A program made the translations under genes and the position numbers. The notes beneath the pieces are model-generated. The model was not told the DNA's origin. It was given only the letters and a program-made list of their open reading frames with translations, and searched no databases. 32,000 nt of DNA from Halomicronema hongdechloris C2206 (GTDB lineage: Bacteria > Cyanobacteriota > Cyanobacteriia > Phormidesmidales > Phormidesmidaceae): positions 4,410,001 through 4,442,000 of the forward strand of contig NZ_CP021983.2 in NCBI RefSeq assembly GCF_002075285.3, in the 5' to 3' direction. This document shows, one piece after another, positions 15,354 to 24,475 of this stretch (positions are counted from its first letter, which is position 1; the number at the start of each line of letters is the position of its first letter).

Positions 15354-16409
15354 CTACGGCAAAACCCGCTGTTCTTTCAGGCGATCAAGGGCTTTTAGAA
15401 GCGTCAAGCGGGCATCGGCGGTTTCGGTAAAGCCAAACCGGCGAATCTTGTTGACATCGGAAATAATGTCGGTCTCGGTGTTGAAGAGCATGTCGCCGAA
15501 GGCCCAACCCACCAGCTTGTCCAGATTGGGCTCCACCAGGCCGTGGCGTTCCGCCAGCCGTCGCCAGACCTCCCCCTTATCGGCCATGTGCTCGGTGAGT
15601 TTCAGGGGAATCGGCGGCGCCATGTCGAGTCCCAAATACTCGGCCACGTCTGGCCACAGGCGCTGCCAGCGAAACACGTCGCCGTTGGTGACATTGAAGG
15701 CTTCACCGCCTGCTGCTGGAGTGGTGGCGGCCCAGAGGCTGGCCCGTCCCAGCAGGTCGGCATCGGTGAACTGCATCAGCACCTGGTACGCCGCATTCGT
15801 CCCGGGGTAGCGCAAGGGAATGCCCAATTCCCGCGACAGCTCGGCGAATACGCCGATAGTCAGCGCAATGTGCATGGGATTGCCGTAGCCATTGCCATCG
15901 ACCACCAGATCAGGTCGCAACACGACGTAGTCCCAGTCAGCGTGGGGAGCGCGTTCAGTCAGGATCGCTGCCTGGGCCTGATAGAGATTGGGCGGCATAT
16001 GGCTGGCGTCGTCTTCTCGGGCCGGCGTCGGTACCACGGCCCCCGGCAGATGGATGCCGTAGATCTTGAAGCCCTGGTAGATGACTACTCGTTCAAGCGG
16101 AGCACTGGCTTTTTCCAGGGCATCCAGCAGGGTCGCCAGCATCTGGGCGTTTTGCTGGGCCTCCAGACTCAAGTTGGGGTGCGGGGCCAGGGCGGCGTAG
16201 AACAGATGGGTGGTGTGGGCGGCTTGCTGGGCGATCGCATCCACCGTGGCGGTGCGATCGCACAAATCGACCGATACCGTCTCCATCCCGTGAATGGGAC
16301 GCCGGGCCAGCCCCTGGACCGGAATGTCGCGTTCCCTGAGGGTGCGAGCGGTGCCGCGCCCGATGATGCCGCTGGCCCCGGCAATCAGGGCTTGCATAGA
16401 GGTCGTCAT
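15354..16409 (-). CDS. extended/atypical SDR-family NAD(P)-dependent oxidoreductase (~350 aa, resembles the progesterone-5-beta-reductase-like group)
   Basis: ALIAGASGIIGRG Rossmann start with ATG at 16409. Its length and lack of a classical YxxxK context suggest an extended SDR. The subgroup assignment is from memory only. Confidence 0.75.
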   Translation of the reverse strand: MTTSMQALIAGASGIIGRGTARTLRERDIPVQGLARRPIHGMETVSVDLCDRTATVDAIAQQAAHTTHLFYAALAPHPNLSLEAQQNAQMLATLLDALEKASAPLERVVIYQGFKIYGIHLPGAVVPTPAREDDASHMPPNLYQAQAAILTERAPHADWDYVVLRPDLVVDGNGYGNPMHIALTIGVFAELSRELGIPLRYPGTNAAYQVLMQFTDADLLGRASLWAATTPAAGGEAFNVTNGDVFRWQRLWPDVAEYLGLDMAPPIPLKLTEHMADKGEVWRRLAERHGLVEPNLDKLVGWAFGDMLFNTETDIISDVNKIRRFGFTETADARLTLLKALDRLKEQRVLP

Positions 16410-16413
16410 GGTT

Positions 16414-17430
16414 CTAAATCTCAATCACAACTTTGCCGAAATGGTGGCCGGATTCCAGGTAACGAAAGGCCTCCGGCGTGGCCTCCAGGGGAAAGGTTTT
16501 GTCCATCACCGGGTGAATCTGGTTAGCAGCCATGGCCCTGAGCATGTCGGCAAAATCCTGGCGACTGCCCACACTAAGGCCGTGTAGTTTGGCTCGTTTC
16601 AGGTTGAGGCTGACCAAGTCCAGGGAACTGTGTTGTCCCTCCAGAAAGCCGACCACGGAAATGTGGCCATCCAGCCGCAAGGCGTCCAGACTCCGGTTGA
16701 GGTTTTGCCCGCCGACGGTTTCGACGACCAAATCCACGCCTGCGCCCGTTGTCGCCGCCAGCACCTCACCCACCCAGTCAGGAGTTTGGCGATAGTTGAT
16801 GCCATGGTCGGCCCCCAGGGCCGCCGCCTTCGCCAGTTTGTGGTCGCTGCTAGAGGTGATGATTACCCGCAGCCCAGCGGCTTTGGCAAATTGCAAGGCA
16901 AAAATGGACACCCCACCAGTGCCGTGCAACAGCACCGTGTCACCGGGTTTGGCCTGGCCATAGGCGAGGGCATTCCAGGCGGTGAGGGCGGCGATGGGCA
17001 GGGTTGCGGCTTCCGCCGCACTCAGAAAGGTAGGCCGTTTGATCAGTTCATGGGCGCGAAAGGATTTGTATTCCGCCAGTTGCCCCGGCCGCCTGCCCAT
17101 GCCGGGACGAGTCGTCATCTGGGAATTGGCAGGCGTGTAGCGCCCATCGATCCAGTCGGGAATATAGGTGGTGACGACGCGATCGCCCGGCTGAAACTCC
17201 GTCACCTGACTGCCCACGGCCTCCACCACACCGGCCCCATCGGACACCGGCATCACAGGAAACGAGAGGTCGGGATTGAGGTCGCCCTTAATCAGCAGCA
17301 GGTCGACATAATTGAGGGCAGCCGCCTGCAGTTTGACGAGGATTTCATCGGGACCAAAATCTGGTAAATCAGTGGCGATAAGCCGTAGATGGTCACTGCC
17401 GAATGCGTCCGTTAAGGCAATAGATTTCAT
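16414..17430 (-). CDS. MDR-superfamily NADPH:quinone oxidoreductase / zinc-type alcohol dehydrogenase-like protein
   Basis: 338 aa with VKLQAAALNYVDLL, PGDRV, TVLLHGTGGVSIFALQFAK (GxGxxG-like) and a C-terminal FGKVVIE. Confidence 0.9.
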   Translation of the reverse strand: MKSIALTDAFGSDHLRLIATDLPDFGPDEILVKLQAAALNYVDLLLIKGDLNPDLSFPVMPVSDGAGVVEAVGSQVTEFQPGDRVVTTYIPDWIDGRYTPANSQMTTRPGMGRRPGQLAEYKSFRAHELIKRPTFLSAAEAATLPIAALTAWNALAYGQAKPGDTVLLHGTGGVSIFALQFAKAAGLRVIITSSSDHKLAKAAALGADHGINYRQTPDWVGEVLAATTGAGVDLVVETVGGQNLNRSLDALRLDGHISVVGFLEGQHSSLDLVSLNLKRAKLHGLSVGSRQDFADMLRAMAANQIHPVMDKTFPLEATPEAFRYLESGHHFGKVVIEI

Positions 17431-17465
17431 GGAAATATCCTCATTTAACGGCTAGAGGACGGATG

Positions 17466-17774
17466 TTATCGGTAATGGCGTTCCTCCAACCAGATCCGCA
17501 CCTCATTCTCAGCGCGAAAAGTATGGTGACTGCGGTGGTAGGGGTCATACACCCGATAGTAGAAATCACCCTGGCGATCTTGCTGCTTGGAAATGACCGG
17601 CTCCTTCGACAGCCTGAAGCCTCTGGCAACCGCTTCTCCAAGGCGAGCCAAGTGGATTTTTAATCCAAGAAGGACTGCCTTACGCCCCAAGAACTGACCC
17701 TCTACAGACTGACTAGAAGCGGAGACTTTCTGGTCCAAATAGGCACAACAATGACTCTGTCCCATCGCAGACAT
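17466..17774 (-). CDS. hypothetical small protein; the C-terminal ~40 aa resemble a short cyanobacterial conserved motif
   Basis: GDFYYRVYDPYHRSHHTFRAENEVRIWLEERH resembles the 'W.VYDP.TG....F.SE.EVR.WLEQR' small proteins I recall from cyanobacteria. The N-terminal part and the start are uncertain. Confidence 0.4.
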   Translation of the reverse strand: MSAMGQSHCCAYLDQKVSASSQSVEGQFLGRKAVLLGLKIHLARLGEAVARGFRLSKEPVISKQQDRQGDFYYRVYDPYHRSHHTFRAENEVRIWLEERHYR

Positions 17775-17961
17775 CCTCCGAGAGAAAAGACTTTTTTGTC
17801 CTCAGTTGACATTGCTATCCTGACGCAGAATCTTCGACCATAACAGAGGCAATTATGCTAAATTAACACCGTATCAGTTTGAGATTTTGAAACTGTTATG
17901 GTCAAAAAAGGCTGCGATTGGATCGCTGCTTAACCACTGTCGACTCTGGAGTGCTGAACTG

Positions 17962-19416
17962 ATGCGACTGTCTCCCCTGGAGCCGAGCCAGGATAAAGTG
18001 CTTTATCAGCAAGTTGCTGATCGCCTGCAGGAACAAATTGCCAACGGCACCCTGAAGCCGGGCGATCGCCTGCCGTCCATCCGCAAGCTTAAACAGCAGC
18101 TGTCGGTGAGCTTTTCCACGGTGACGGAAGCCTACCGCCTGCTAGAAGATCGGGGGCTAATTTCCGCTCGGCCCCAGTCGGGCTATTATGTCAAACTAAC
18201 CGCCCTGCAACAGCACTTAGAGCCTTCCCTCACCGAACCCTATGCGCGGGTTTGCGAAATCAAAACGTCTCTGACCTTCAAGCTCTTTAGCAACCTTCTG
18301 GAACCGGATGTGATTCAACTGGGCGCGGCGACCCCCTCCCCAGAGCATCTTCCCGTAGCGCCGCTCAATCGGTTGATGGCCAAGGTCATGCGTGAGCATC
18401 CTGAAGCTCATACCTACAACGTCCCTGCCGGGTGCGAGAGGCTGCGGACGGAAGTGTCGAAGCGCATGTTGGATGCGGGCTGCTCGATTCATCCCGACCA
18501 CCTTTTAATTACCAATGGAGCCCACGAAGCGATTTATCTCTCACTCCAGGCAGTGACTACCCCCGGGGACACCATAGCGATCGCATCTCCCACCTACTTT
18601 GCTCTCCTGGAAACGCTAAAGGCTCTGAACCTGAAGGTGTGCGCCCTGCCGACCCATCCCCGCCAAGGCATCAGCCTGTCTCATCTGGAAGCAGCGTTAG
18701 CATCTGGCAACGTCCAAGCCTGTTTGCTGGTCTCAAACTTCAGCCATCCCCTGGGCACCTGCATGGAAGATGACACCAAGAAACAACTGGTGGAGCTGAT
18801 GACTCGCTACCAGGTGCCTCTGATCGAAGACGATGTCTATGGCGAGCTATATTTCGAGGGCACGCGGCCCAAAGCCATTAAAGCCTTCGACACGGACAAC
18901 CGGGTGATCTACTGCTCTTCGGTCAGCAAGACCCTATCCCCGGGACTGCGCCTGGGCTGGTGCTCCGGTGGGTGCTATCACCTGAAAGTGGTGTACCGCA
19001 AATCGGTGATGAATCGGATGAGTGCGATCGCACCTCAACTAGCCGTCACCGCCTTCCTGGCTAACGGCGGCTACGACCGGCACCTGCGGCACCTGCGTCG
19101 CACCTATCAGACCCAAATGCACCGCATGTTGCAGGCCATCTGCGATTACTTTCCGGCGGAAACCTGCGTCACCCATCCCCACGGCGGCCACGTCCTCTGG
19201 CTGGAGATGCCAGAGGGCTTCGACGCCATCCAGCTCTACGACGATGCCCTACAACGGGGCATCAGCATCGCCCCCGGTCCCATCTTTTCCGCCTCGGGAG
19301 AGTGCTACCGCAGTTGCTTCGCCCTCAACACCGCCCTCCCCTGGTCCGACCGGATTGAGCAGGCCATGCAGACCCTGGGCCACCTGGCCAAGAAGCAGAT
19401 GGCGGTTAATTTCTGA
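17962..19416 (+). CDS. MocR/PdxR-type regulator (GntR winged-HTH fused to a fold-type-I aminotransferase-like domain)
   Basis: LYQQVADRLQEQIANGTLKPGDRLPSIRKLKQQLSVSFSTVTEAYRLLEDRGLISARPQSGYYV is followed by ~380 aa of an aminotransferase-like domain (SSVSKTLSPGLRLGW carries the PLP lysine context). The start is the ATG at 17962. Confidence 0.9.
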   Translation: MRLSPLEPSQDKVLYQQVADRLQEQIANGTLKPGDRLPSIRKLKQQLSVSFSTVTEAYRLLEDRGLISARPQSGYYVKLTALQQHLEPSLTEPYARVCEIKTSLTFKLFSNLLEPDVIQLGAATPSPEHLPVAPLNRLMAKVMREHPEAHTYNVPAGCERLRTEVSKRMLDAGCSIHPDHLLITNGAHEAIYLSLQAVTTPGDTIAIASPTYFALLETLKALNLKVCALPTHPRQGISLSHLEAALASGNVQACLLVSNFSHPLGTCMEDDTKKQLVELMTRYQVPLIEDDVYGELYFEGTRPKAIKAFDTDNRVIYCSSVSKTLSPGLRLGWCSGGCYHLKVVYRKSVMNRMSAIAPQLAVTAFLANGGYDRHLRHLRRTYQTQMHRMLQAICDYFPAETCVTHPHGGHVLWLEMPEGFDAIQLYDDALQRGISIAPGPIFSASGECYRSCFALNTALPWSDRIEQAMQTLGHLAKKQMAVNF

Positions 19417-19520
19417 GAGGGCTACGGGGCAACACCCACAATATGATTTAAACCCGAGGTTGTCGAGGCAGAGCCTGGGTAGCCGTAGCGACAGGCAAAG
19501 CGGCAAGCCCTGGGATAGGT

Positions 19521-19615
19521 GAACCACTAGGGGTGTCTAGTATGGTGGGCTTGGCGTTGAAACCTCGTTACAGGTGGCTAGGCATTGAACCACTAAGGGG
19601 TGTCTAGTATGGTGG
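19521..19615. repeat. 28/29-bp direct repeat duplicating the 3' end of the HEPN gene
   Basis: GAACCACTAGGGGTGTCTAGTATGGTGG (19521-19548) and GAACCACTAAGGGGTGTCTAGTATGGTGG (19587-19615). The second copy contains the HEPN stop codon. Confidence 0.7.
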
Positions 19616-19963
19616 AAATGCTTGGGTTTGGGCGACTAAGGCTTGGGCATCTTGTAATGATAGATCGGGTTGAAGATCGTAGTCGGCACGGGTGCGCAGG
19701 CGTTGGGCATCGATGAGGTGGCGATGAAATTCGACCGGCACTTTACCAGGACGGGCCAACGATCGCCCAAAGGCGCTAATCACAGCTGCATGGCTGGAAA
19801 AGGATAATCCTTCTTTATCGAGTAGGGCTTCGGCAATATAGAAGCTCATGCTGTAATAGGCACGAGAGACGGCAATGTCATAAAACCCCTGTTGGATGAG
19901 GTGGTTGGCTGCGTCTAAGCTATTTTGAGCTTTGGCCACTAAAAATTTTTGCTCTGGCGTCAT
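19604..19963 (-). CDS. HEPN-domain protein (toxin of a HEPN/MNT pair)
   Basis: 119 aa, all-helical, with the ..SRAYYSM..AEALL.. and RTRADYD motifs. Its start overlaps the MNT stop by 4 nt. Confidence 0.82.
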   Translation of the reverse strand: MTPEQKFLVAKAQNSLDAANHLIQQGFYDIAVSRAYYSMSFYIAEALLDKEGLSFSSHAAVISAFGRSLARPGKVPVEFHRHLIDAQRLRTRADYDLQPDLSLQDAQALVAQTQAFPPY

Positions 19964-20292
19964 AGAACGATGCCCTCTTGGCGAATGTTGCGCAGCAGGG
20001 GCGAGTTTTCAGTTTGATAGCGCGATGTCGGTAGAAATAAGCAGGAGATTAGCAGGTCATGCTCTAAACACAGTTGAGCGATGAACTCACTGGTGCGCCG
20101 ACCTTCAGCGCTGGCGTCTACCGGATCATCGAGGACGACAAGAATATCGATATCAGAGTTTTCTGTGGCTTGCTGGCGAGCATGGGAACCAAAGAGAACA
20201 ACCTGATTGAGCCGATCTTGATAGTGCTCTTGCAGGTATTGCTTGAGGGGTTTGAGTACCGGGCTAAGGGCGTTAGGAAGGACTGGTTTCAT
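19960..20292 (-). CDS. minimal nucleotidyltransferase (MNT) antitoxin
   Basis: VVLFGSHARQQATENSDIDILVVLDD is the GS-x10-DxD polymerase-beta-type NTase motif. The start is the ATG at 20292. Confidence 0.88.
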   Translation of the reverse strand: MKPVLPNALSPVLKPLKQYLQEHYQDRLNQVVLFGSHARQQATENSDIDILVVLDDPVDASAEGRRTSEFIAQLCLEHDLLISCLFLPTSRYQTENSPLLRNIRQEGIVL

Positions 20293-20492
20293 AGCGCTAT
20301 CCCTCACTCAATGGGCCAGGATGGGTGTCGAGCACAATCATTACAATATCCTAGTCTTGTGGGGCGACAGGCTCGGTGGGGTCGATGTACTGGATGGGCA
20401 AGACAAGCTCCCGGATGAGTTCTCTTTGTCCTCTCTTGATATTAAATCCGCTGAGATGACCAACATTATGATGAGTGACAACACCTGCGATG

Positions 20493-20716
20493 CGTCATTC
20501 CGGGCAAGCGCAGCGCGAGACCCGGAATCCAGGTCGAGCGCTCTGAGCCCAAGAGAATGTTTGAATCCGTAGGCCTATACCCCTATTTTGAGGTTGAAAT
20601 CTCGGATTTTGGTGGTCCAGAGCCTTTATCAGGTACTTTTGAGACTCCGATCAGACATTTCAAACATCCTCTAGCCGAGATTGACTCCCTGGATTCCCGC
20701 CGCCGCGGGAATGACG
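20493..20716. mobile_element. MITE-like palindromic element with hairpin termini
   Basis: The left end is CGTCATTCCGGG-N16-CCCGGAATCCAGG (20493-20533). The right end is CCTGGATTCCCGC-CGCC-GCGGGAATGACG (20688-20716), which is the same unit inverted. Internal arms are also inverted (GAATGTTTGAA / TTTCAAACAT). Confidence 0.5.
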
Positions 20717-21030
20717 GATACGAGGTTTTCTGAGACCGATTAGCCGGATTTCATATGACTCCCCAAAAAAATCGAGAGGTGCAGATCGGTCAAAACCTAT
20801 GCTGTGTAAGCTTTACACTCTCTAGCCGAAAGCCATCTCCCTGAAACACCTATTGAGCCATTTTTCTTTGGGATCAGCAACTCCGGCCCGGTTTAGAGAG
20901 GCTGACTGGCTCCGCCACCGCGCCAAATGTGGCAGTGGCTATACACGGACCTTGAAGCGGCTCCTTATCGGCAGTGAACATTGATACCCTATAGGGATAT
21001 TGAGGTCAGTCGAATTGCCCTGAGAATTCT

Positions 21031-21963
21031 ATGCATATTCATGCCCTTGACCAGTGGCAGCATTCCCATGACTTTGCCGATGATCGGAGTCATGCCGAGA
21101 AAAATACCAAACTCGTGATGCTGCTGACAGCAGTCACGATGGTTGCGGAGATTGTCGCCGGCACATTCTTCGGTTCGATGGCTCTGCTGGCTGACGGTTG
21201 GCACATGGCCACCCATGTTGCAGCATTTGGAATTACGATCTTTGCCTATCACTATGCCCGCCGCCATGCCGCCGACCCTCAGTACACCTTTGGCACAGGC
21301 AAGGTCAGTGTTCTGGGCGGCTTTGCCAGCGCCGTTGCCCTTGCCGTCATTGCGTTTCTGATGGCCTTTGAATCGGTTGAACGGCTTTTTCAACCTCAAA
21401 TGATTCAGTTCAATGAGGCCATCGGTGTTGCCATCCTGGGCTTAGTCGTCAATTTAGTCAGTGCTTGGTTGTTGCAAGCGCAGCCTGATCATGGGCACCA
21501 TCATCATCACCATCATGACCAGAACCTTCGCGCCGCTTATTTTCACGTTTTAGCAGATGCGCTGACGTCTATTTTTGCCATTGTTGCCTTGCTGGCTGGG
21601 CAATTTTTAGGGTGGGTCTGGATGGATGCGTTAATGGGTTTGGTGGGGGCCGGGGTGATTACGAAATGGGCGTATGGTCTAGTCAGAGATACGAGTTCGG
21701 TCCTGCTGGACGGCGCTGTTGACCGGAAAATCAAGTTGGATATCGTGACCACCATCGAAGAGGATGCGGATAATCGCGTCACCGATTTACACGTCTGGTA
21801 TCTCAATCAGGATCACTTAGCTGCCACCATCTCACTGGTCACCCATTATCCCCAGGCACCCGAGCATTATAAGCAACTACTCAGCCGTCTTCCATCTCTT
21901 TCCCATGTACTGGTTGAAGTGAACCAGTGTCACGGCGAACCTTGTCTGGCGGTACGGCCGTGA
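21031..21963 (+). CDS. cation diffusion facilitator (CDF) divalent-metal efflux transporter, CzcD/ZitB-like
   Basis: Six TM helices, HxxxD-type metal sites (LLADGWHMATH; YFHVLADALTS), a His-rich cytoplasmic loop PDHGHHHHHHHDQN, and a C-terminal ferredoxin-like domain. Confidence 0.92.
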   Translation: MHIHALDQWQHSHDFADDRSHAEKNTKLVMLLTAVTMVAEIVAGTFFGSMALLADGWHMATHVAAFGITIFAYHYARRHAADPQYTFGTGKVSVLGGFASAVALAVIAFLMAFESVERLFQPQMIQFNEAIGVAILGLVVNLVSAWLLQAQPDHGHHHHHHHDQNLRAAYFHVLADALTSIFAIVALLAGQFLGWVWMDALMGLVGAGVITKWAYGLVRDTSSVLLDGAVDRKIKLDIVTTIEEDADNRVTDLHVWYLNQDHLAATISLVTHYPQAPEHYKQLLSRLPSLSHVLVEVNQCHGEPCLAVRP

Positions 21964-22337
21964 TGGCAGTAACTATTAGGGCGGTTGATGAGGCATGAGC
22001 TTAGAGTTGAGCCCTGACACGGCGGGCAATTCCGCCACCTCACTCACTGAGGCAACGCCCCATATCGATGCCATCAATGGATAGGATGCACCCCATCGTT
22101 GGTTGCCGGCAGATGCGATCGCTAGGGTGAAGGCATATCAACCATTCACGTCAGAGCCATGGCATCAACCTCTAGAGGCTGGCAATGGATGCGGCCTTGG
22201 ATGCTGCAGCTAAGCCGCGCTAGTGACAAGCAGCGGCTGCAGGTTCAGGTGGCATCTCAGCAAGGGGCTGTAGACTTCTGTCGCGGGCCAAGACTCGTGT
22301 TAAACGTGGTCGACCCCGAGCCTCAGCCAGATCAAAA

Positions 22338-22976
22338 ATGACACCCCCCTTAACCATGACCGGCCGTCATATTGCCACCCTGTTTGGCACCATGCTGGTG
22401 CTGGCGGTGGTTCCAGGTCCTAGTGATGTAGCCGTGGTAGCCAGGTCTCTGATCTCTGGATTCACTCAGGGGCTGATCATGGTGGTCGGCATCGTCATGG
22501 CCGATCTGCTGTTTATTGTGTTAGCCGTCTTTAGCTTGGCAGAAGTAGCTGACTCCTTGGGAGCGCTATTTGTAATCGTCAACTATGGCTGCGGGCTATA
22601 CCTGATCGGGTTAGGCATACATGCCTTACGCTCTCGGCCTCACAGTATCGAGGTATCTGATGTCAGACAATACCCCGGATATTCCAGCTTCTTGGTGGGG
22701 TTGCTGATCACCTTGGCCGACCCCAAGGCGATTTTATTTTATATGGGATTACTACCGGCCTTCGTCGAGTTATCGACGATCACTGTCCTAGATATCCTGG
22801 TGATTATGCTGATTGCAACGACGGTGGTCGGCGGCGTCAAGGGCACCTATGCCTGCTTGGCTAACCAGGCAAAAGGAGTCTTCAAAAACAGCAGGCTTCG
22901 TCAACGCCTGGAGAGTATAGCTGGCTGTGTCTTGCTAGGCATCGGGCTGTTTATTGTGCTGCAGCCCCATGTCTAA
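22338..22976 (+). CDS. LysE/RhtB-family amino-acid exporter
   Basis: 212 aa with about 6 TM helices, the N-terminal signature VPGPS..AVVARS and a mid-protein L.DPKAILFY motif. Confidence 0.85.
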   Translation: MTPPLTMTGRHIATLFGTMLVLAVVPGPSDVAVVARSLISGFTQGLIMVVGIVMADLLFIVLAVFSLAEVADSLGALFVIVNYGCGLYLIGLGIHALRSRPHSIEVSDVRQYPGYSSFLVGLLITLADPKAILFYMGLLPAFVELSTITVLDILVIMLIATTVVGGVKGTYACLANQAKGVFKNSRLRQRLESIAGCVLLGIGLFIVLQPHV

Positions 22977-22997
22977 GTGACTAACTCTTGCCACGGG

Positions 22998-24230
22998 TCA
23001 TGCAGAGCCAGCCGTTTTTATCGCTCCTACCAACTGGTCGATTTCCGCCTCGGTGGTGAAGTAGTGTACACAGGCCCGCACGCAGTGGGGGAATAGCAGA
23101 GTGCGCAGCATAAATCCTTGGCTCTCCAGGGTTTGCACTAGACTGACATGTTGGGAGGGAGCGGGCTGACCAGCCGCTAGGATCTGAAAGGATACCAGGC
23201 CCGATTCGGGGGGCACCTGCCGCAGGCAGCGAATCTGAGGTAAGGTCTGCAGCTGCTGCCAGAGGTAATGGCTGAGTTGGCAGATGCGCTGGTAGCGCTG
23301 GTCAGCGCTGCCCCACTGTTGATGCAGACTCAGGGCGGCCTGGAGCCCGGCCTGGAGAGCATAGTCGGAGGTGGCGACTTCGTAGCGCTGGCCATTGGGT
23401 TTCCAGCCGGTAGGCTGGCCCTGGTCGTCGGTGGTAATGCCCCGCCAGCCGATGAAGGTAGGATGGATGCGATCGCACAGGGCCGGTCGCACATAGAGCC
23501 CGCCCAAACCCGCCGGACCGCACCACCACTTATGGCCGGTGAAGGCGTAAAAATCCACCTCTGATGCCGTCAGATTCAGGGGCAACGAGCCCACCGACTG
23601 GGCCGCATCCACCAGCACCCAGACCGGTTGGGGCCGATCATGGCAATACCGCACCATGTCTGCCAGGGGCAACACCTGGCCCGTATTCCAGGTGAGGTGG
23701 CTAATCACCAGCAGCCGCGTCCGGGGTCGCAACCGGGCCGCCATGGCTTCCACTGGTGAGCGCTGATCCAGGCCATCTAGTAGAGAGAACTGGCTCGTCT
23801 CCACCCCAAAGCGACGGCAGATTTCTTGTACCGCTGCAATGACGCCGGGATGTTCACAGTCCGACAGCAGAATATGATCCCCCGCCTGCCACTCCAAGCC
23901 CCAGAGGGGAATGTTGCAACCCACGGTGACATCTTCGGTCAGGGTGATGGCAGTGGCGGGGCAGCCCAATTCCGTCGCCATCAGCTGCCGGGTCGCCTCA
24001 GCCTGCTGCTGTAACCAACGATTTATCTGGCCACAGAAAGGGCCTTCTTGTTGAATCTTCCAGTGGGCCCGTTGGATGGCCTCCAGGGCGGCTTGGGGCA
24101 TGGGCCCCTGGCCACCATAGTTGAAATAGGCTTTATTCGTCAGGGCTGGGAATTGCTGACGCAGGGAATCGAGGGCGGCAGGATCGGCGGAAACTAAAGA
24201 CACAGACTCATAGACATAGACCACTAACAC
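22998..24230 (-). CDS. aminotransferase class V-fold PLP enzyme (cysteine-desulfurase / epimerase-like)
   Basis: YFNYGGQGPMP, VLVDAAQSVG, and FYAFTGHKWWCGPAGLGGLYV (the PLP-binding HK). The start is a GTG at 24230. Confidence 0.86.
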   Translation of the reverse strand: MLVVYVYESVSLVSADPAALDSLRQQFPALTNKAYFNYGGQGPMPQAALEAIQRAHWKIQQEGPFCGQINRWLQQQAEATRQLMATELGCPATAITLTEDVTVGCNIPLWGLEWQAGDHILLSDCEHPGVIAAVQEICRRFGVETSQFSLLDGLDQRSPVEAMAARLRPRTRLLVISHLTWNTGQVLPLADMVRYCHDRPQPVWVLVDAAQSVGSLPLNLTASEVDFYAFTGHKWWCGPAGLGGLYVRPALCDRIHPTFIGWRGITTDDQGQPTGWKPNGQRYEVATSDYALQAGLQAALSLHQQWGSADQRYQRICQLSHYLWQQLQTLPQIRCLRQVPPESGLVSFQILAAGQPAPSQHVSLVQTLESQGFMLRTLLFPHCVRACVHYFTTEAEIDQLVGAIKTAGSA

Positions 24231-24475
24231 TCTATCAAGCTCGATTGCGGCAGACGCTACCCCGTTTCGTGCGGTATAACAGACAATAGGTTCGAGAGCC
24301 GCATTTTAAGGATTTCCCTTGGTACTGACTGTGCACTGGATCGTTCCCCCTCGATGGCCTCAGACGGCGTTGTCTTGGCAATGCCGGTGGTTAATAGCTC
24401 TCCATCTACTCCCGATATCCTGGGTGAACGGGCCAGTGACGATAATGCCTATCCACTGTCTACCCCAACGCAGTT

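Noticed and set aside
15543-16526. 327-aa plus-strand ORF, the longest unexplained ORF in the track
   Set aside because: It lies entirely antisense to the well-supported extended-SDR gene. The translation is Arg/Gly/Pro/His-rich and low in complexity, as expected for the antisense frame of a high-GC gene, and I recognise no motif.
16630-17367. 245-aa plus-strand ORF
   Set aside because: It is antisense to the quinone-oxidoreductase gene. It has the same high-GC antisense artefact signature and no start context.
20989-21399. 136-aa minus-strand ORF
   Set aside because: It is antisense to the 5' part of the CDF transporter gene, which has unambiguous family motifs.
21484-21510. A run of His codons (HGHHHHHHH) resembling an engineered affinity tag
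   Set aside because: It lies in the cytoplasmic loop between TM4 and TM5 of a CDF transporter, where natural His-rich metal-binding loops are typical. There is no vector-like sequence around it.
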